Of a stretch of DNA of 64,000 bases, positions 47,630-59,182 are shown piece after piece. Below the pieces are notes generated by a model, which made no database searches, was not told where the DNA came from, and saw only the letters and a program-made list of their open reading frames with translations. The DNA is taken from assembly GCA_963770565.1 (NCBI GenBank), contig CAVYQE010000001.1, forward strand, positions 800,001 to 864,000, given 5' to 3'. The DNA comes from an uncultured Actinomycetota bacterium (GTDB lineage Bacteria; Actinomycetota; Actinomycetes; JAFAQI01). Position 1 is the stretch's first letter, and each line of letters starts with the position of its first letter. The translations under genes were made by a program, and so were the position numbers.

Positions 47630-50600
47630 ATGACTCAGACGCCGACCCACCCTCGCCACGAGGGCCACCGGGTGACCGCCGTCCTGGTCTGTCACGACGG
47701 CGCCGAGTGGTTGCCCGAGGTGCTCGACGCGATCGCCGCCCAAACCAGGTCGCCGGACCGGATCGTCGCGATCGACACCGCAAGCACCGACGAGACGCTC
47801 GCGATTCTCGGCGAGGAGTTCGGCGCGGATGCCGTGGTGTCGATGCCCCGCGAGACTCCGTACGGCGACGCCGTGCAGGCAGGGTTGGAATCGCTCGGCA
47901 TCGCGAATCTGCCCGACGACGAATCCGGGCCGGTCGAGTGGATCTGGCTGCTGCACGACGACTGCGCGCCGGACCCGCGCGCGCTCGACCAGTTGCTGGT
48001 GCGGGTGACGCAGGCACCATCGGTCTGGATGGTTGGCCCGAAGGTGCGGGGCTGGGGCGGGCCGCGGTTGCTCGAGGCCGGTCGCACGATCGATGCGACC
48101 GGTCACATCGACACCGGGGTCGAGGGGGTCGAGCTCGACCAGGGTCAGCGCGACGAGGTCGATGAGGTGCTTGCGGTCAGCACCGCCGCCGCGATGGTCC
48201 GGCGGGACGTCTGGATCCGCCTCGGCGGACTCGACCCGGCCTGGTCGGCGTACGGCGATGACGTCGATCTCGGCTGGCGGATCAATGCGGCCGGCGGTCG
48301 GGTGGTGGTCGCCGCGCACGCGGTCGTGCGACATGTACGGGCGCAGACCATCGGGCGGCGCGAGTGCTCGACGCAGAGCGGATCGCCGCAGGTCGTCCGG
48401 CGCCGTTCGGGGATGCAGGTGGTCCTCACCAACACCGCGCCCTGGCTCGTGCCGCTGCTGCTCGCCCGCTATCTCGTGGGCGGTGCGTTGCGCGCCCTCG
48501 GGCTGCTGGTGATCTCACGACGCCCGACCAGGGCGGCCGCGGAGCTGGTCGCGGTCGGTGAGGTCTATCTCCAGCCCGGCTTGCTGCTGACCGGACGGCG
48601 CGACCGGGCCGGCGCCCGGCAGCTCACCCACCATCAGCTGCGCCACCTGTTCCCCCAAGGCCTGGCCCGCTGGCGCTCGTCACCGTTTCGGATCGCGCGA
48701 CCGAGCGCCACCCGTCCGACCACGTCCCGGCGGACCGGGGTGGTGGAGACCGGACCGGTCGCCGAGGAGTCGGAGTCCCTCAACATCGACGAGGGCGTGC
48801 TTGCACGGTTCCTGCGCCGTCCGGCAACGCTGCTGTTCGTGGCGATGTCGCTGCTTGCGTTCGCAGCAGATCGACACCTGCTCAGCACGGCGCTGCACGG
48901 CGGACGGCTCTTGCCGGCGCCGAACGGCGCGAGCGACCTGTGGTCGAGCTATGTGTCGTCGTGGCACCCGTCGCAGCTCGGCTCGGTCACTCCCGCACCT
49001 CCGTCGATCGCCGTCCTCGCGATGCTGTCGACCCTTGCGCTCGGGAAGGTGTGGCTCGCGGTCGACGTGATCCTGCTCGGGGTTGTGCCGCTGTCGGCCT
49101 TGAGCGCTTTCGTTGCGGCGCGTGGGCTGACCGGTGCGGTGCGGGCCCGGATCTGGGTGGCGATCGTCTACTCGTTGCTGCCCGCGGTGACCGGCGCCGT
49201 CGCCGGCGGCCGACTCGACGTCGCGGTCACCGCAATCCTGCTGCCGTTGGTGATGCGGCTGAGCGCGAGTGCGATCCGGATGGACAAGGGCGGCTGGCGT
49301 CGCGGCGTCGCGGCCGGGCTGCTCCTGTCGGTCGTGGTGGCGTTCGCGCCGCTGCTCTGGCCGATCGCGTTGCCGGCGCTCGTGATCGCGGTCGGATTCA
49401 TGGCGTGGGAGTCGGGCCAGCGCGGGGCGGTATTGAAGCGCCTGATTGCGGTCGCGGTGATCGTCGTCGTACCGCTGGCGGTGTCGGTCCCGTGGACGGC
49501 GCACATCTTCACCCATCCCGGCCTGTTGCTGTCGGCGACCGGGTTGCCGGAGTTCTATACCGCGCATCAGCCGCCGTCCGGGGTAGCGCTCGCGTTGCTC
49601 CACGCCGGCGGGCCGGCGCAGCCGCCGGTGTGGATCGGCATTCCAATCCTCATCGCGGCGATTCTCGGGCTGACCCGTCGCAGCCGACTCGTCGCGGCTC
49701 GTACCGGCGGCGTCCTGCTCGTGGGCGGGGTCGCGCTCGCGGTGGGGCTGACGAGGGCCACGGCCGTCAGCCCGGGGCTACCCGCGAGCCGGCATTGGCC
49801 CGGGTTGGCCCTACTGGTTGCGGGCGCCGGGGCACTGCTGGCGATCCTCGTCGCGGTCACCGGCGCACGGCCGCGGCTGCGGCTGCAGAGCTTCGGTTGG
49901 CGACAACCCGCGGCGGCGGCCCTGGTGGGCCTGGCGGTGGTCGCGACCGGCGACCTGGCGATCGGCTGGGTGGTGCGCGGTGCCGACGGCCCGCTGTCCG
50001 GGTCGGACTCGCGGGTGCTGCCGCTGTTCATCCAGTCCGAGCTGGCGCTCAAGCCGAACTCACCTCGCGCGCTGGTCCTGTCCTCGACCGGCCCGCTGAT
50101 CTCCTACGCGATCGTCCGCCGGCCCGGGGGCCCGCAGCTCGGTGACGCCGAGACCGCGCCACTGAGCGGATCGAACGCGGCGGACGCAGATCTCGACACC
50201 GCGGTCCGCGACCTGGTCGCCGGCCGGCCCGGTGCGGGCGCCGAGTTGACCCCGTTCGACATCGCGTACGTCGTGGTGCCGTCGGGCAGCACCGCCCGGG
50301 TGGCATCGGCGCTCGGCCGCGCCGCGACGCTGGTCGTCGTGCCTGCGCCGGGCGCGACGGTATGGCGCTCGACCCTGCCGACCAGCGAGCTCACCGTGCT
50401 CCGTGGAGCCTCGGCCAGCGCCGCGCTGGCCGGTCAGGTGCCCACCGACCCGCACGCCATCGCCCTTCCGGCCAAGGCCGGTTCGGCCGACGTGGCGTAC
50501 TCGACATCGGTCGGCGGCAGCATCGCGGTGCTCGCGGAGCCGGCCGACAGCGGCTGGCGAGCGACGTTCGACGGCAAGCCGCTCGCGCGCCGGACGGCGT

Positions 50601-50773
50601 ACGGGTGGGCCCAGGCGTTCGTCCTGCCGCCGACCAGCGGCCGGCTTCGGATCAGCTTCGACGACGGTACGCGTAAGAGCTGGTTGTGGGTCGAGCTGGT
50701 CGCGGTCGTGGTGGCTGCGGTCGTCGCGATCCCGGCCCGGCGGGCCGACGATGATCCGGACGCGCTGTCATGA
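47630..50773 (+). CDS. Family 2 glycosyltransferase with large polytopic membrane domain
   Basis: CHDG..WL, WLLHDD, DDVDLGWR, then many TM helices; conserved position after whiB. Confidence 0.88.
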   Translation: MTQTPTHPRHEGHRVTAVLVCHDGAEWLPEVLDAIAAQTRSPDRIVAIDTASTDETLAILGEEFGADAVVSMPRETPYGDAVQAGLESLGIANLPDDESGPVEWIWLLHDDCAPDPRALDQLLVRVTQAPSVWMVGPKVRGWGGPRLLEAGRTIDATGHIDTGVEGVELDQGQRDEVDEVLAVSTAAAMVRRDVWIRLGGLDPAWSAYGDDVDLGWRINAAGGRVVVAAHAVVRHVRAQTIGRRECSTQSGSPQVVRRRSGMQVVLTNTAPWLVPLLLARYLVGGALRALGLLVISRRPTRAAAELVAVGEVYLQPGLLLTGRRDRAGARQLTHHQLRHLFPQGLARWRSSPFRIARPSATRPTTSRRTGVVETGPVAEESESLNIDEGVLARFLRRPATLLFVAMSLLAFAADRHLLSTALHGGRLLPAPNGASDLWSSYVSSWHPSQLGSVTPAPPSIAVLAMLSTLALGKVWLAVDVILLGVVPLSALSAFVAARGLTGAVRARIWVAIVYSLLPAVTGAVAGGRLDVAVTAILLPLVMRLSASAIRMDKGGWRRGVAAGLLLSVVVAFAPLLWPIALPALVIAVGFMAWESGQRGAVLKRLIAVAVIVVVPLAVSVPWTAHIFTHPGLLLSATGLPEFYTAHQPPSGVALALLHAGGPAQPPVWIGIPILIAAILGLTRRSRLVAARTGGVLLVGGVALAVGLTRATAVSPGLPASRHWPGLALLVAGAGALLAILVAVTGARPRLRLQSFGWRQPAAAALVGLAVVATGDLAIGWVVRGADGPLSGSDSRVLPLFIQSELALKPNSPRALVLSSTGPLISYAIVRRPGGPQLGDAETAPLSGSNAADADLDTAVRDLVAGRPGAGAELTPFDIAYVVVPSGSTARVASALGRAATLVVVPAPGATVWRSTLPTSELTVLRGASASAALAGQVPTDPHAIALPAKAGSADVAYSTSVGGSIAVLAEPADSGWRATFDGKPLARRTAYGWAQAFVLPPTSGRLRISFDDGTRKSWLWVELVAVVVAAVVAIPARRADDDPDALS

Positions 50774-52239
50774 CCCGCCCGCCGATCGTCGCCAGCATTC
50801 TCGCCGCCCTGCTCGTCGGCGCGGGGGTAGTCGGGAGCGTCACCGGGACGACCGCATCATCGGTCCCCCCGGTGCACCCGGCGACCGCGCCGATCACCTC
50901 CGCGACCCTGGTGTGCCCGGCGATCGACGGGACCAGCCCGACGACGACCACCGCAGTCGCCGCCGACCTGGCCAGCGCCCTCACGCCGCCGTCGACGAGC
51001 ACCGGCGCCGTGACCGCGACTGTGCTCGCGGCGGCCAAGAGCAAGACCTCGGCGCTCCCGCTCGCACCCACCGGTTGGATCAAGAGCCGGCCGAAGGCCA
51101 ACAAGACCGTCGCCCTCGCCGCGACCGGTTCGGTTGCCGCGTCGTTGGTTGCCGACCAGGTCGGTCTGACCAGCGCCGGCCGCTTCCGCGGCCTGACTGG
51201 GGCCGGCTGTGTCGCACCGGCCACGGACTGGTGGTTCGCCGGTGCCGACGGCCGGGTCGGTTACACCGACGCGCTCATCCTTTCCGACCCCGCACCGACC
51301 GCGGCTGAGATCTCGATCTCGTTGTGGGGCACGAAGGGGCCGTTGTCGACGCCGACCGTCGACGCGCTGCGGATCCGGCCGCGCTCGGTGCTGCGGATCT
51401 CGATCGCCTCCATCGCCCCCGACGCGCCGACGGTGGCGGTGCACGTGCACGCCTCGAGCGGCGCCGTCACCGCCGCGCTGGTGCACCGGCACAGCTCCGG
51501 CCTGCACTCGGACGGCGCCGACTTCATGCCAGCCACCGCGGCGCCGGCCCGCGCTGCGCTGGTGGCCGGGTATGCGGCGGGCAAGGGCCCGCAGGAGCTG
51601 GTCCTGGCCAATCCGGGCAGCCTCGACGCGACGGTCAACCTCCGCCTGGTGACCGGATCGGGCTCGTTCGCTCCGGCCGGTATCGACCAGATCATCCTGC
51701 GCGCCGGTCACACTCGCGCGATCAGCCTCGCCCGCGCGTTGGCCGGCACCACCGGTGCGGTCGAGCTGACCAGCGATCAGCCGGTCCTGGCGCAGGGGCT
51801 GTCGGAGGCGATCTCGCCGCCGAATCGGCCGGACTTCATGTGGCTGGCGGCCACGGCCGCCCTGGCGGGACCGGCCGCGATCGCCAACGGCCGGGAGCCC
51901 GACGGCGGCCGATGCCTGCTGCTGCTGTCGGCGCCCAAGGCCGCCGCTTCGGTCCGGATCACCACGCCATCGGGCCAGACCCGAACGATCTCGGTCCCGG
52001 CCGGGCGCAGCGTGTCGGTCGACATCACGGCGACCGTCCATCCGCCGACCGGTCAGCCGGGGCAGCTGACCTGGCCGTTCGTGGTCACGCCGCAAGGGTC
52101 CGCACCGGTGTACGGCGTACGGGTGTTGGAGTTCACCGGCGCGCACGGCGCGCTGATCACCGCCGAGCCGCTCGTGTCACTGCCGACCGCAATCGTGTTG
52201 CCTGCGGTCCGGCCGGATCCGCGGATCGCCACCCGCTAG
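50770..52239 (+). CDS. DUF5719 family secreted protein
   Basis: Signal anchor, LVCP, C..P.TDWWF.G, L.L.NP; coupled to the GT2 gene. Confidence 0.78.
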   Translation: MTRPPIVASILAALLVGAGVVGSVTGTTASSVPPVHPATAPITSATLVCPAIDGTSPTTTTAVAADLASALTPPSTSTGAVTATVLAAAKSKTSALPLAPTGWIKSRPKANKTVALAATGSVAASLVADQVGLTSAGRFRGLTGAGCVAPATDWWFAGADGRVGYTDALILSDPAPTAAEISISLWGTKGPLSTPTVDALRIRPRSVLRISIASIAPDAPTVAVHVHASSGAVTAALVHRHSSGLHSDGADFMPATAAPARAALVAGYAAGKGPQELVLANPGSLDATVNLRLVTGSGSFAPAGIDQIILRAGHTRAISLARALAGTTGAVELTSDQPVLAQGLSEAISPPNRPDFMWLAATAALAGPAAIANGREPDGGRCLLLLSAPKAAASVRITTPSGQTRTISVPAGRSVSVDITATVHPPTGQPGQLTWPFVVTPQGSAPVYGVRVLEFTGAHGALITAEPLVSLPTAIVLPAVRPDPRIATR

Positions 52240-52245
52240 CTCGAG

Positions 52246-52722
52246 CTAGGACCCGGGCGGTGGCTCCGGGTCGCCGCCGAAGCCCGGGTCCACGATCGTG
52301 GGCTCGAGCCCGAGATAGTTGGCGACCACCTGGACGACCACGTCGTGTACCAGATCCTCCAGGTCCTCGAGCGAGCGGGCCCGAAGCTCGATCGGCTTGC
52401 GGTAGAGCACGATGTGGGTGCGCTCTCGCGGCGGGCCGGGCATGATCTGTGCGAGCAGCACGCCGCCGGACTCGACCGCGCCCTCGGTGGCCGGATTCAA
52501 CCCGTCGAGCTCGCCCGCGGGGACCAGGTCCACCGCGAATTCGACGTTCGCCAACTGCTCCCGCCAGCGGTATTCGACGTGCTCGACGGCCTCGGCGGCA
52601 ATCCGGTCGAAGCGTTCGGCCGGCGCAGCCGCGATCGGCACCCCAGCCCGCACCAGCGGGCCGCGAATACCTCGTCCGTGGCGGTCCCGGTGCACGGGTT
52701 CAGCGTATGAGGTCGGCGACAC
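52246..52722 (-). CDS. Zincin-like metallopeptidase family protein (start uncertain)
   Basis: RDRHGRG.RGPL, RFD, IVLYR.P.E.RA, V..VV..VA..LG. Confidence 0.8.
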   Translation of the reverse strand: MSPTSYAEPVHRDRHGRGIRGPLVRAGVPIAAAPAERFDRIAAEAVEHVEYRWREQLANVEFAVDLVPAGELDGLNPATEGAVESGGVLLAQIMPGPPRERTHIVLYRKPIELRARSLEDLEDLVHDVVVQVVANYLGLEPTIVDPGFGGDPEPPPGS

Positions 52723-52782
52723 GGCCGATCTTCATGGCCACGGTGCCGGGTTTCTGTGGGCGCGGACTTGTACGGTTCGAGG

Positions 52783-53154
52783 GTGAGCCCCCTGCGCCGT
52801 TGCTCGCGGATCGCGTGCGCCCGCACCGCGGTCGCGACGCTCACCTACGCCTATTCGGACTCCACCGCCGTGGTCGGGCCCCTTGCGACGTACGCCGAGC
52901 CGCACTCCTACGACCTGTGCGAGAGCCACGCGCACGGCCTCACCGCCCCGCGCGGCTGGGAGGTGCTGCGCCTGGACATCGATGCCGAGCGTGCGATTCC
53001 GGGAATCGACGACCTCGAGGCGCTCGCCGACGCGGTTCGGGAAGCGGCCCGGCCGGCCGCGCGGCACGCGGTCGGCGAGGCGACCGATCCGGACCCGGGC
53101 GGCAGCGGACGGCGCGGCCACCTGCGGGTGCTGCCGAGCCCGGCCACTCCCTAG
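52783..53154 (+). CDS. DUF3499 family protein
   Basis: RRCSR..C, ATLTY.Y.DSTAVVGPL, EPHSYDLC..H, APRGW, RRGHLRV. Confidence 0.9.
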   Translation: MSPLRRCSRIACARTAVATLTYAYSDSTAVVGPLATYAEPHSYDLCESHAHGLTAPRGWEVLRLDIDAERAIPGIDDLEALADAVREAARPAARHAVGEATDPDPGGSGRRGHLRVLPSPATP

Positions 53155-53224
53155 CGCGTCCTCGCCCTCCCTCGAGGCGGAGGCTATCGGCGCTTTTGCG
53201 TGGTTTGCGGAGAAACTCCGGATT

Positions 53225-53253
53225 CTCAAGGGACGCCGGTCAATGACCGATGT
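53225..53253 (+). promoter_or_regulatory. Putative sigma-28 (WhiG/FliA-type) promoter
   Basis: CTCA-N17-ACCGATGT upstream of the zinc-ribbon ORF. Confidence 0.45.
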
Positions 53254-53295
53254 CCGCGGGGTAACCCTGTCGCCCACCACGGGAGTTCCCGCGCC

Positions 53296-53544
53296 ATGAA
53301 GTCCAGCCACGTTCCTTCCCCCGACCAACCGACGTCGCTGACCAGACGCGGTGCCCGTAGCGGCGCCGAGTGCCCGGCCTGCGGGAGCCAGCGGCTCACG
53401 TCGCTCACCATGACGCTGACCGACGGAACCGTCGTGAGCTTCTCCTCCTGCCACAACTGCGAGCAGCGGGTGTGGGCGGACCCGACCGGCCGGCTGGACA
53501 TCGCCGACGTCCTGAGCCGCGCCACCAAGCGCAAGGCCAGCTAG
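53296..53544 (+). CDS. Small zinc-ribbon protein (82 aa)
   Basis: CPAC...CHNC; GGAG SD. Confidence 0.72.
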   Translation: MKSSHVPSPDQPTSLTRRGARSGAECPACGSQRLTSLTMTLTDGTVVSFSSCHNCEQRVWADPTGRLDIADVLSRATKRKAS

Positions 53545-53579
53545 CCGCCCGCTCGTCCCGCTGGGCTAGCGTCACAGCC

Positions 53580-54935
53580 GTGACGGCTCGGCTCGGCGAC
53601 ATCGTCAAGGCCTACGACATCCGGGGCGTGGTCCCCGATCAGCTCGATGAGTCGGTGGCCCATGATGTCGGCGCGGCATTCGTCCGCTTCCTCGGTGCCG
53701 ACCGGATCGCGATCGGCCACGACATGCGGGCGTCCTCGCCGGCTCTGGTGGACGCCTTCGCCGCCGGCGCGACCGAGCAGGGCGCGTCGGTCGTCGAGAT
53801 CGGCCTTGCGTCGACCGACCTGCTCTACTACGCGGCCGGCAGCCTGGACATGCCCGGCGCGATGTTCACCGCCAGCCACAATCCGGCCCGCTACAACGGC
53901 ATCAAGCTGTGCCGGGCGGGTGCCTCGCCGGTCGGCCAGGACAGCGGGCTGGCCGACATTCGTGCCCTGGCCGAGCACGGTGTCCCGTCGTACGACGGCA
54001 CCACCGGTTCGGTGACCCACCGCGACCTGCTGGCGGACTACTCGGCGTACCTCAAGGGGCTGGTGCCCGGCATCCACGACATCCGCGACCTGAAGGTAGT
54101 CGTCGACGCCGGCAACGGGATGGCCGGGCTCACGGTGCCGGCGGTGTTCGCGGACCTCTCGGTCGAACTGACCGAGCTCTACTTCACCCTCGACGGCACG
54201 TTCCCGAACCACGAGGCCAACCCGATCGAGCCGGCCAACCTCGTCGACCTGCAGGCGAAGGTCCGCGAGGTCGGCGCCGATCTGGGTCTGGCCTTCGACG
54301 GCGACGCCGACCGCTGCTTCGTCGTCGACGAGCGGGGGGAGGTCGTCCCGCCATCGGCGCTGACCGGGCTGATCGCCACACGCGAGCTCGATCGTGAGCC
54401 GGGGTCGAGCATCATCTACAACTTGATCACCTCCCATTCAGTGCCCGAGATCGTGCGCGAGCGGGGCGGCGTGCCAGTGCGCTCGCGGGTCGGCCACTCG
54501 TTCATCAAGGCGACCATGGCCGAAACCGGCGCGGTCTTCGGCGGGGAGCACTCGGGTCACTTCTACTTCCGTGACTTCTGGCGCGCGGACTCCGGGATGC
54601 TCGCCGCATTGCATGTCCTCGCGGCACTCGGCGGCCAGGCCGGTCCGCTTTCGGACCTGCTGGCGCAGTTCACCCGGTACGCCGGATCCGGCGAGATCAA
54701 CACTGCGGTCGCCGATGCCGACGCCTCGACCGCGGCGATCCGTGCGCAGTACGAAGGCCGCGACGGCGTGGTGATCGACGAGCTCGACGGACTGACGGTC
54801 GAGCTGCCCGACGGATCGTGGTTCAACGTGCGGCCGTCGAACACCGAGCCGTTGCTGAGATTGAACGTCGAAGCCGCCACTGCGGCTGAGGTTGAGGCGC
54901 TGCGCGACGAGGTCCTGAGGATCCTGCGCGACTAA
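53580..54935 (+). CDS. manB: Phosphomannomutase/phosphoglucomutase
   Basis: KAYDIRG, TASHNP, DGDADR, GGEHSGH, R.SNTEP. Confidence 0.93.
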   Translation: MTARLGDIVKAYDIRGVVPDQLDESVAHDVGAAFVRFLGADRIAIGHDMRASSPALVDAFAAGATEQGASVVEIGLASTDLLYYAAGSLDMPGAMFTASHNPARYNGIKLCRAGASPVGQDSGLADIRALAEHGVPSYDGTTGSVTHRDLLADYSAYLKGLVPGIHDIRDLKVVVDAGNGMAGLTVPAVFADLSVELTELYFTLDGTFPNHEANPIEPANLVDLQAKVREVGADLGLAFDGDADRCFVVDERGEVVPPSALTGLIATRELDREPGSSIIYNLITSHSVPEIVRERGGVPVRSRVGHSFIKATMAETGAVFGGEHSGHFYFRDFWRADSGMLAALHVLAALGGQAGPLSDLLAQFTRYAGSGEINTAVADADASTAAIRAQYEGRDGVVIDELDGLTVELPDGSWFNVRPSNTEPLLRLNVEAATAAEVEALRDEVLRILRD

Positions 54936-54952
54936 CTGTCTAGGGTGGCTGC

Positions 54953-55138
54953 GTGGACCTCGACCAAGCGTTGCTCGACATCCTTGCCTGCCCGAACTGC
55001 CGCGCCGAGTTGCGGGTCGACGACGCCGCCGGCGAGCTCGTGTGTGTCGGCTGTGGATACGCCTATCCGGTGCGGGACGGCATCCCGGTGCTGCTCGTCG
55101 ACGAGGCGCGTCGACCGGACGGCGCGGCCACGGAATGA
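54953..55138 (+). CDS. Trm112 family protein
   Basis: LLDILACP.C, YPVRDGIPVLL. Confidence 0.9.
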   Translation: MDLDQALLDILACPNCRAELRVDDAAGELVCVGCGYAYPVRDGIPVLLVDEARRPDGAATE

Positions 55139-56286
55139 CCGCGCCCGACCTCGACCGGCTCGACGATGTCGAGGGTCTGGCCGAGGCCGACCCGCACGAC
55201 ATGTTGCGCGCGGTCGCGACATCGGCTGCGCAGGTACGCGCGTCACTGAGCGCAACCCGGGAGGCCGGGCTCGGCGCGCTCGAGCTGACGTCCCGCCCGC
55301 GCGCGATCGTGATCGCGGGGATGGGTGGCTCGGCGATGTCCGGCGAGGTGCTCGCGGCGGCAACCGGCATGGGTTGCCCGGTGCCGGTGATCGTCCATCG
55401 CGGCTACGGCTTGCCGGGCTGGGTGGGCGCGGCCGACCTGGTGATGGCCGTGTCGTGCTCGGGGACGACCGCCGAGACCCTGACCGCGGCGGGCGAGGCC
55501 GCGCGGCGTCGTACCCGGCTGTTGGGAGTCGGGGTCGGCGGCTCTGCACTGGAGGCCCAGTGCCTCGCTGGCGGCGGGGCGTACGTGCCGATCGTGCAAC
55601 AGCTCTCACCGCGGTCATCGCTGTGGGCGCTGGTCGTGCCGCTGTTGGTGGTGACAGCGCGGTTCGGACTGCTCGATCTGGGCGAGGACGATGCGGACCT
55701 CGAGTCCGCCGCCGGGCAGCTGGAGTCGCTGGCCGCCCTGTGCGGCCCCGACCGCGAGTCCGTCGTCAACCCGGCGAAGACGTTTGCCGCTGAGCTGGCC
55801 GGCGCGCTGCCGATGGTCTGGGGATCGGGTCAGGTCGGGCCGGTCGCGGCGCTGCGCGCGGTCAGCCAGCTCGCGGAGAACGCCAAGCAGCCGGCGATCT
55901 ACGGGGCGCTGCCGGAGGCCAACCACAATCAGGTCGTGACCTTCGACGGCCCGCTAGCCGGTGGCGAGTCGGTCGACGACCTGTTCCGCGACCGGGTCGA
56001 GGAGGTCGCGCCGTTGCGACTACGCCTGGTCCTCGTCCGAGACGACGCGGGCGACGAGCGAGCGGCCCGCCGGGCCGACGTGTCGGCCGAGGTGGCCGGC
56101 CGGCGGGGCATCGCGGTTTCGGTGGTCAGCGCGCAGGGTCAGTCCGCGATCGAGCGATTCGCCTCGCTGGTGGGCCTGCTTGACTTCGCCAGCGTCTATC
56201 TTGGATTGGCCCACGGGATCGACCCGACGTCGATCGCGCCGATCGACGAGCTCAAGGCTGCGATGCGAGACTCGCCTACGCTTTGA
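55135..56286 (+). CDS. SIS-domain bifunctional phosphoglucose/phosphomannose isomerase-like protein
   Basis: GMGGS, SCSG.T.ET, QLAENAK, PEANHN. Confidence 0.82.
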   Translation: MTAPDLDRLDDVEGLAEADPHDMLRAVATSAAQVRASLSATREAGLGALELTSRPRAIVIAGMGGSAMSGEVLAAATGMGCPVPVIVHRGYGLPGWVGAADLVMAVSCSGTTAETLTAAGEAARRRTRLLGVGVGGSALEAQCLAGGGAYVPIVQQLSPRSSLWALVVPLLVVTARFGLLDLGEDDADLESAAGQLESLAALCGPDRESVVNPAKTFAAELAGALPMVWGSGQVGPVAALRAVSQLAENAKQPAIYGALPEANHNQVVTFDGPLAGGESVDDLFRDRVEEVAPLRLRLVLVRDDAGDERAARRADVSAEVAGRRGIAVSVVSAQGQSAIERFASLVGLLDFASVYLGLAHGIDPTSIAPIDELKAAMRDSPTL

Positions 56287-56324
56287 GCAGGTCCCGGACC
56301 GCCCGCCCGCTTTCGAGGAGAGTC

Positions 56325-57752
<1,428 letters not shown>

Positions 57753-57759
57753 CGGTCCA

Positions 57760-57840
57760 AAGCAATGTCACATTGCCCCGGTAGATCCGGGGGCAGGGTG
57801 ACATCACCCCACGGTTTGGCAGGGCAATGTGACATTGCTT
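57760..57840. repeat. 81-bp REP/MITE-like palindromic element, copy 2
   Basis: Perfect 19-bp terminal inverted repeat AAGCAATGTCACATTGCCC; cores at 57763, 57794 and 57825. Confidence 0.8.
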
Positions 57841-57862
57841 GGTCGGGATGGTGGGCGGTTCG

Positions 57863-58993
57863 TTAGAGATAGTTGCCGGGACGCGTGGGGGTCGTCGTGG
57901 CTTCGAGGCGGGTTAGTTCGCCCTTGCGTTCCATGATCTCGGCGAGTGTCACCGGGCGGGCTGGGCGGTCGCCGAGGAGCCTGGCGGCTTCGCTGATTTC
58001 GAACGCGGGGAACTCCATCCGGGCCAGGCAACGGCCGGGGCGGAGCAACGCCGGGTGCATGTCGTCGACCGGCTCGTTCGTCGTCAGGAGTATCAACACC
58101 CGCGAGCCCTGACCGAGCAGACCGTCGGCGGTATTGAGCAAGCGGCCGAGACCAGGCCCGACCTTCGAGCGCGCATCGCGGCGCAGCAACTCCTCCGCGT
58201 CCTCGATCACGACCAGTCGCCACCTTTGGGCCTTGTCGTCGTCGTCGGGGTCGAGCAGCACGCGGGCCATGTAGTCACCGTTGTTGAGCAGTCTCTCCGG
58301 GTCGGACACGACGTGCGCGCTGGCCCACCCTCGCCAGGCATCGAACAGCGCGCGGACGGCGGTGGTCTTCCCGGTGCCGGGCGGGCCGTGCCACAGGATC
58401 AACCGGCCGCCGGGCGCGGCCGGGTCGGGTCGGTGCTCGATCAGGCGGCTCATCGTGTCCCGCACCGTGCTGGGGTAAAGCGCGGCGACGGCCGACCACT
58501 TCGGGACCGCAATTTCCCGCGAGCGGGTCCAGCTGTGGTCGCCTTGGTGCCAGAACGTCACCCGCGCTGCTTGCCGCTTCGGCGGCCGCGGCACCTTTGT
58601 GTGCACGTCCGCGGCGACCCGCTCGACCTGGTCCCGGTCCGTCCCGCTCACCCACACGTCGGCGTTGCGCCGCCAGCTGCGCACGACCAGCAGGCACCCT
58701 TCGTGGGCCGCAAGGACTTCGGTGGTGCTGTTGCGGCGGTGCAGGCGCAGCACGGTTGCCGGCTCCGGGAGCACGCCGACGACGTCGACGGCGGCCGGCA
58801 GGTCGCGCTCGACCAGGTACGGGTGCAACCCGTGCAGATGCGGGCGCAGGAACGCAGCGAGAACCAGACCCTCCCCGGGGATGCAGTCGCCGGTCCGGAT
58901 GTCGGGCAATGGTGCGTCGAGAACGGCTGCGAGGGCAGCGTCCGTCGACAGATCCGGCACGTTGGCGCCGACAGCGTGAATCGCGGTCATCAT
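57863..58993 (-). CDS. DUF5925-domain AAA+ ATPase
   Basis: HGPPGTGKT Walker A, VIED Walker B, LLN..DGLLGQG, TTN, RPGR. Confidence 0.8.
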   Translation of the reverse strand: MMTAIHAVGANVPDLSTDAALAAVLDAPLPDIRTGDCIPGEGLVLAAFLRPHLHGLHPYLVERDLPAAVDVVGVLPEPATVLRLHRRNSTTEVLAAHEGCLLVVRSWRRNADVWVSGTDRDQVERVAADVHTKVPRPPKRQAARVTFWHQGDHSWTRSREIAVPKWSAVAALYPSTVRDTMSRLIEHRPDPAAPGGRLILWHGPPGTGKTTAVRALFDAWRGWASAHVVSDPERLLNNGDYMARVLLDPDDDDKAQRWRLVVIEDAEELLRRDARSKVGPGLGRLLNTADGLLGQGSRVLILLTTNEPVDDMHPALLRPGRCLARMEFPAFEISEAARLLGDRPARPVTLAEIMERKGELTRLEATTTPTRPGNYL

Positions 58994-59032
58994 CCTCACC
59001 TCGAAGTCGGAGGCGACGGCCGCGGTTCGAGG

Positions 59033-59068
59033 TCAGACCGTGGTCGTCCTGGCTAGCTGTCGTCGCAT
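59033..59068 (-). promoter_or_regulatory. Putative leader peptide MRRQLARTTTV with downstream SD-sequestering hairpin
   Basis: AAGGA SD before ATG; stop abuts the 8-bp stem ACCTCGAA/TTCGAGGT (58998-59033) that covers the ATPase SD. Confidence 0.45.
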
Positions 59069-59182
59069 GAAGAGTCCTTCGGACGGGTACGCCGGTGGTC
59101 GCGGCGCGCTCGTCCATAATTCTCCCGGCGGACACTGCCGTCCATCGCTTTTCGGGTCTGCGGGTCCGGTCCGGGTTACCGG

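Noticed and set aside
56287-56324. SAH riboswitch upstream of ahcY
   Set aside because: Gap is under 40 bp and lacks a recognisable aptamer core.
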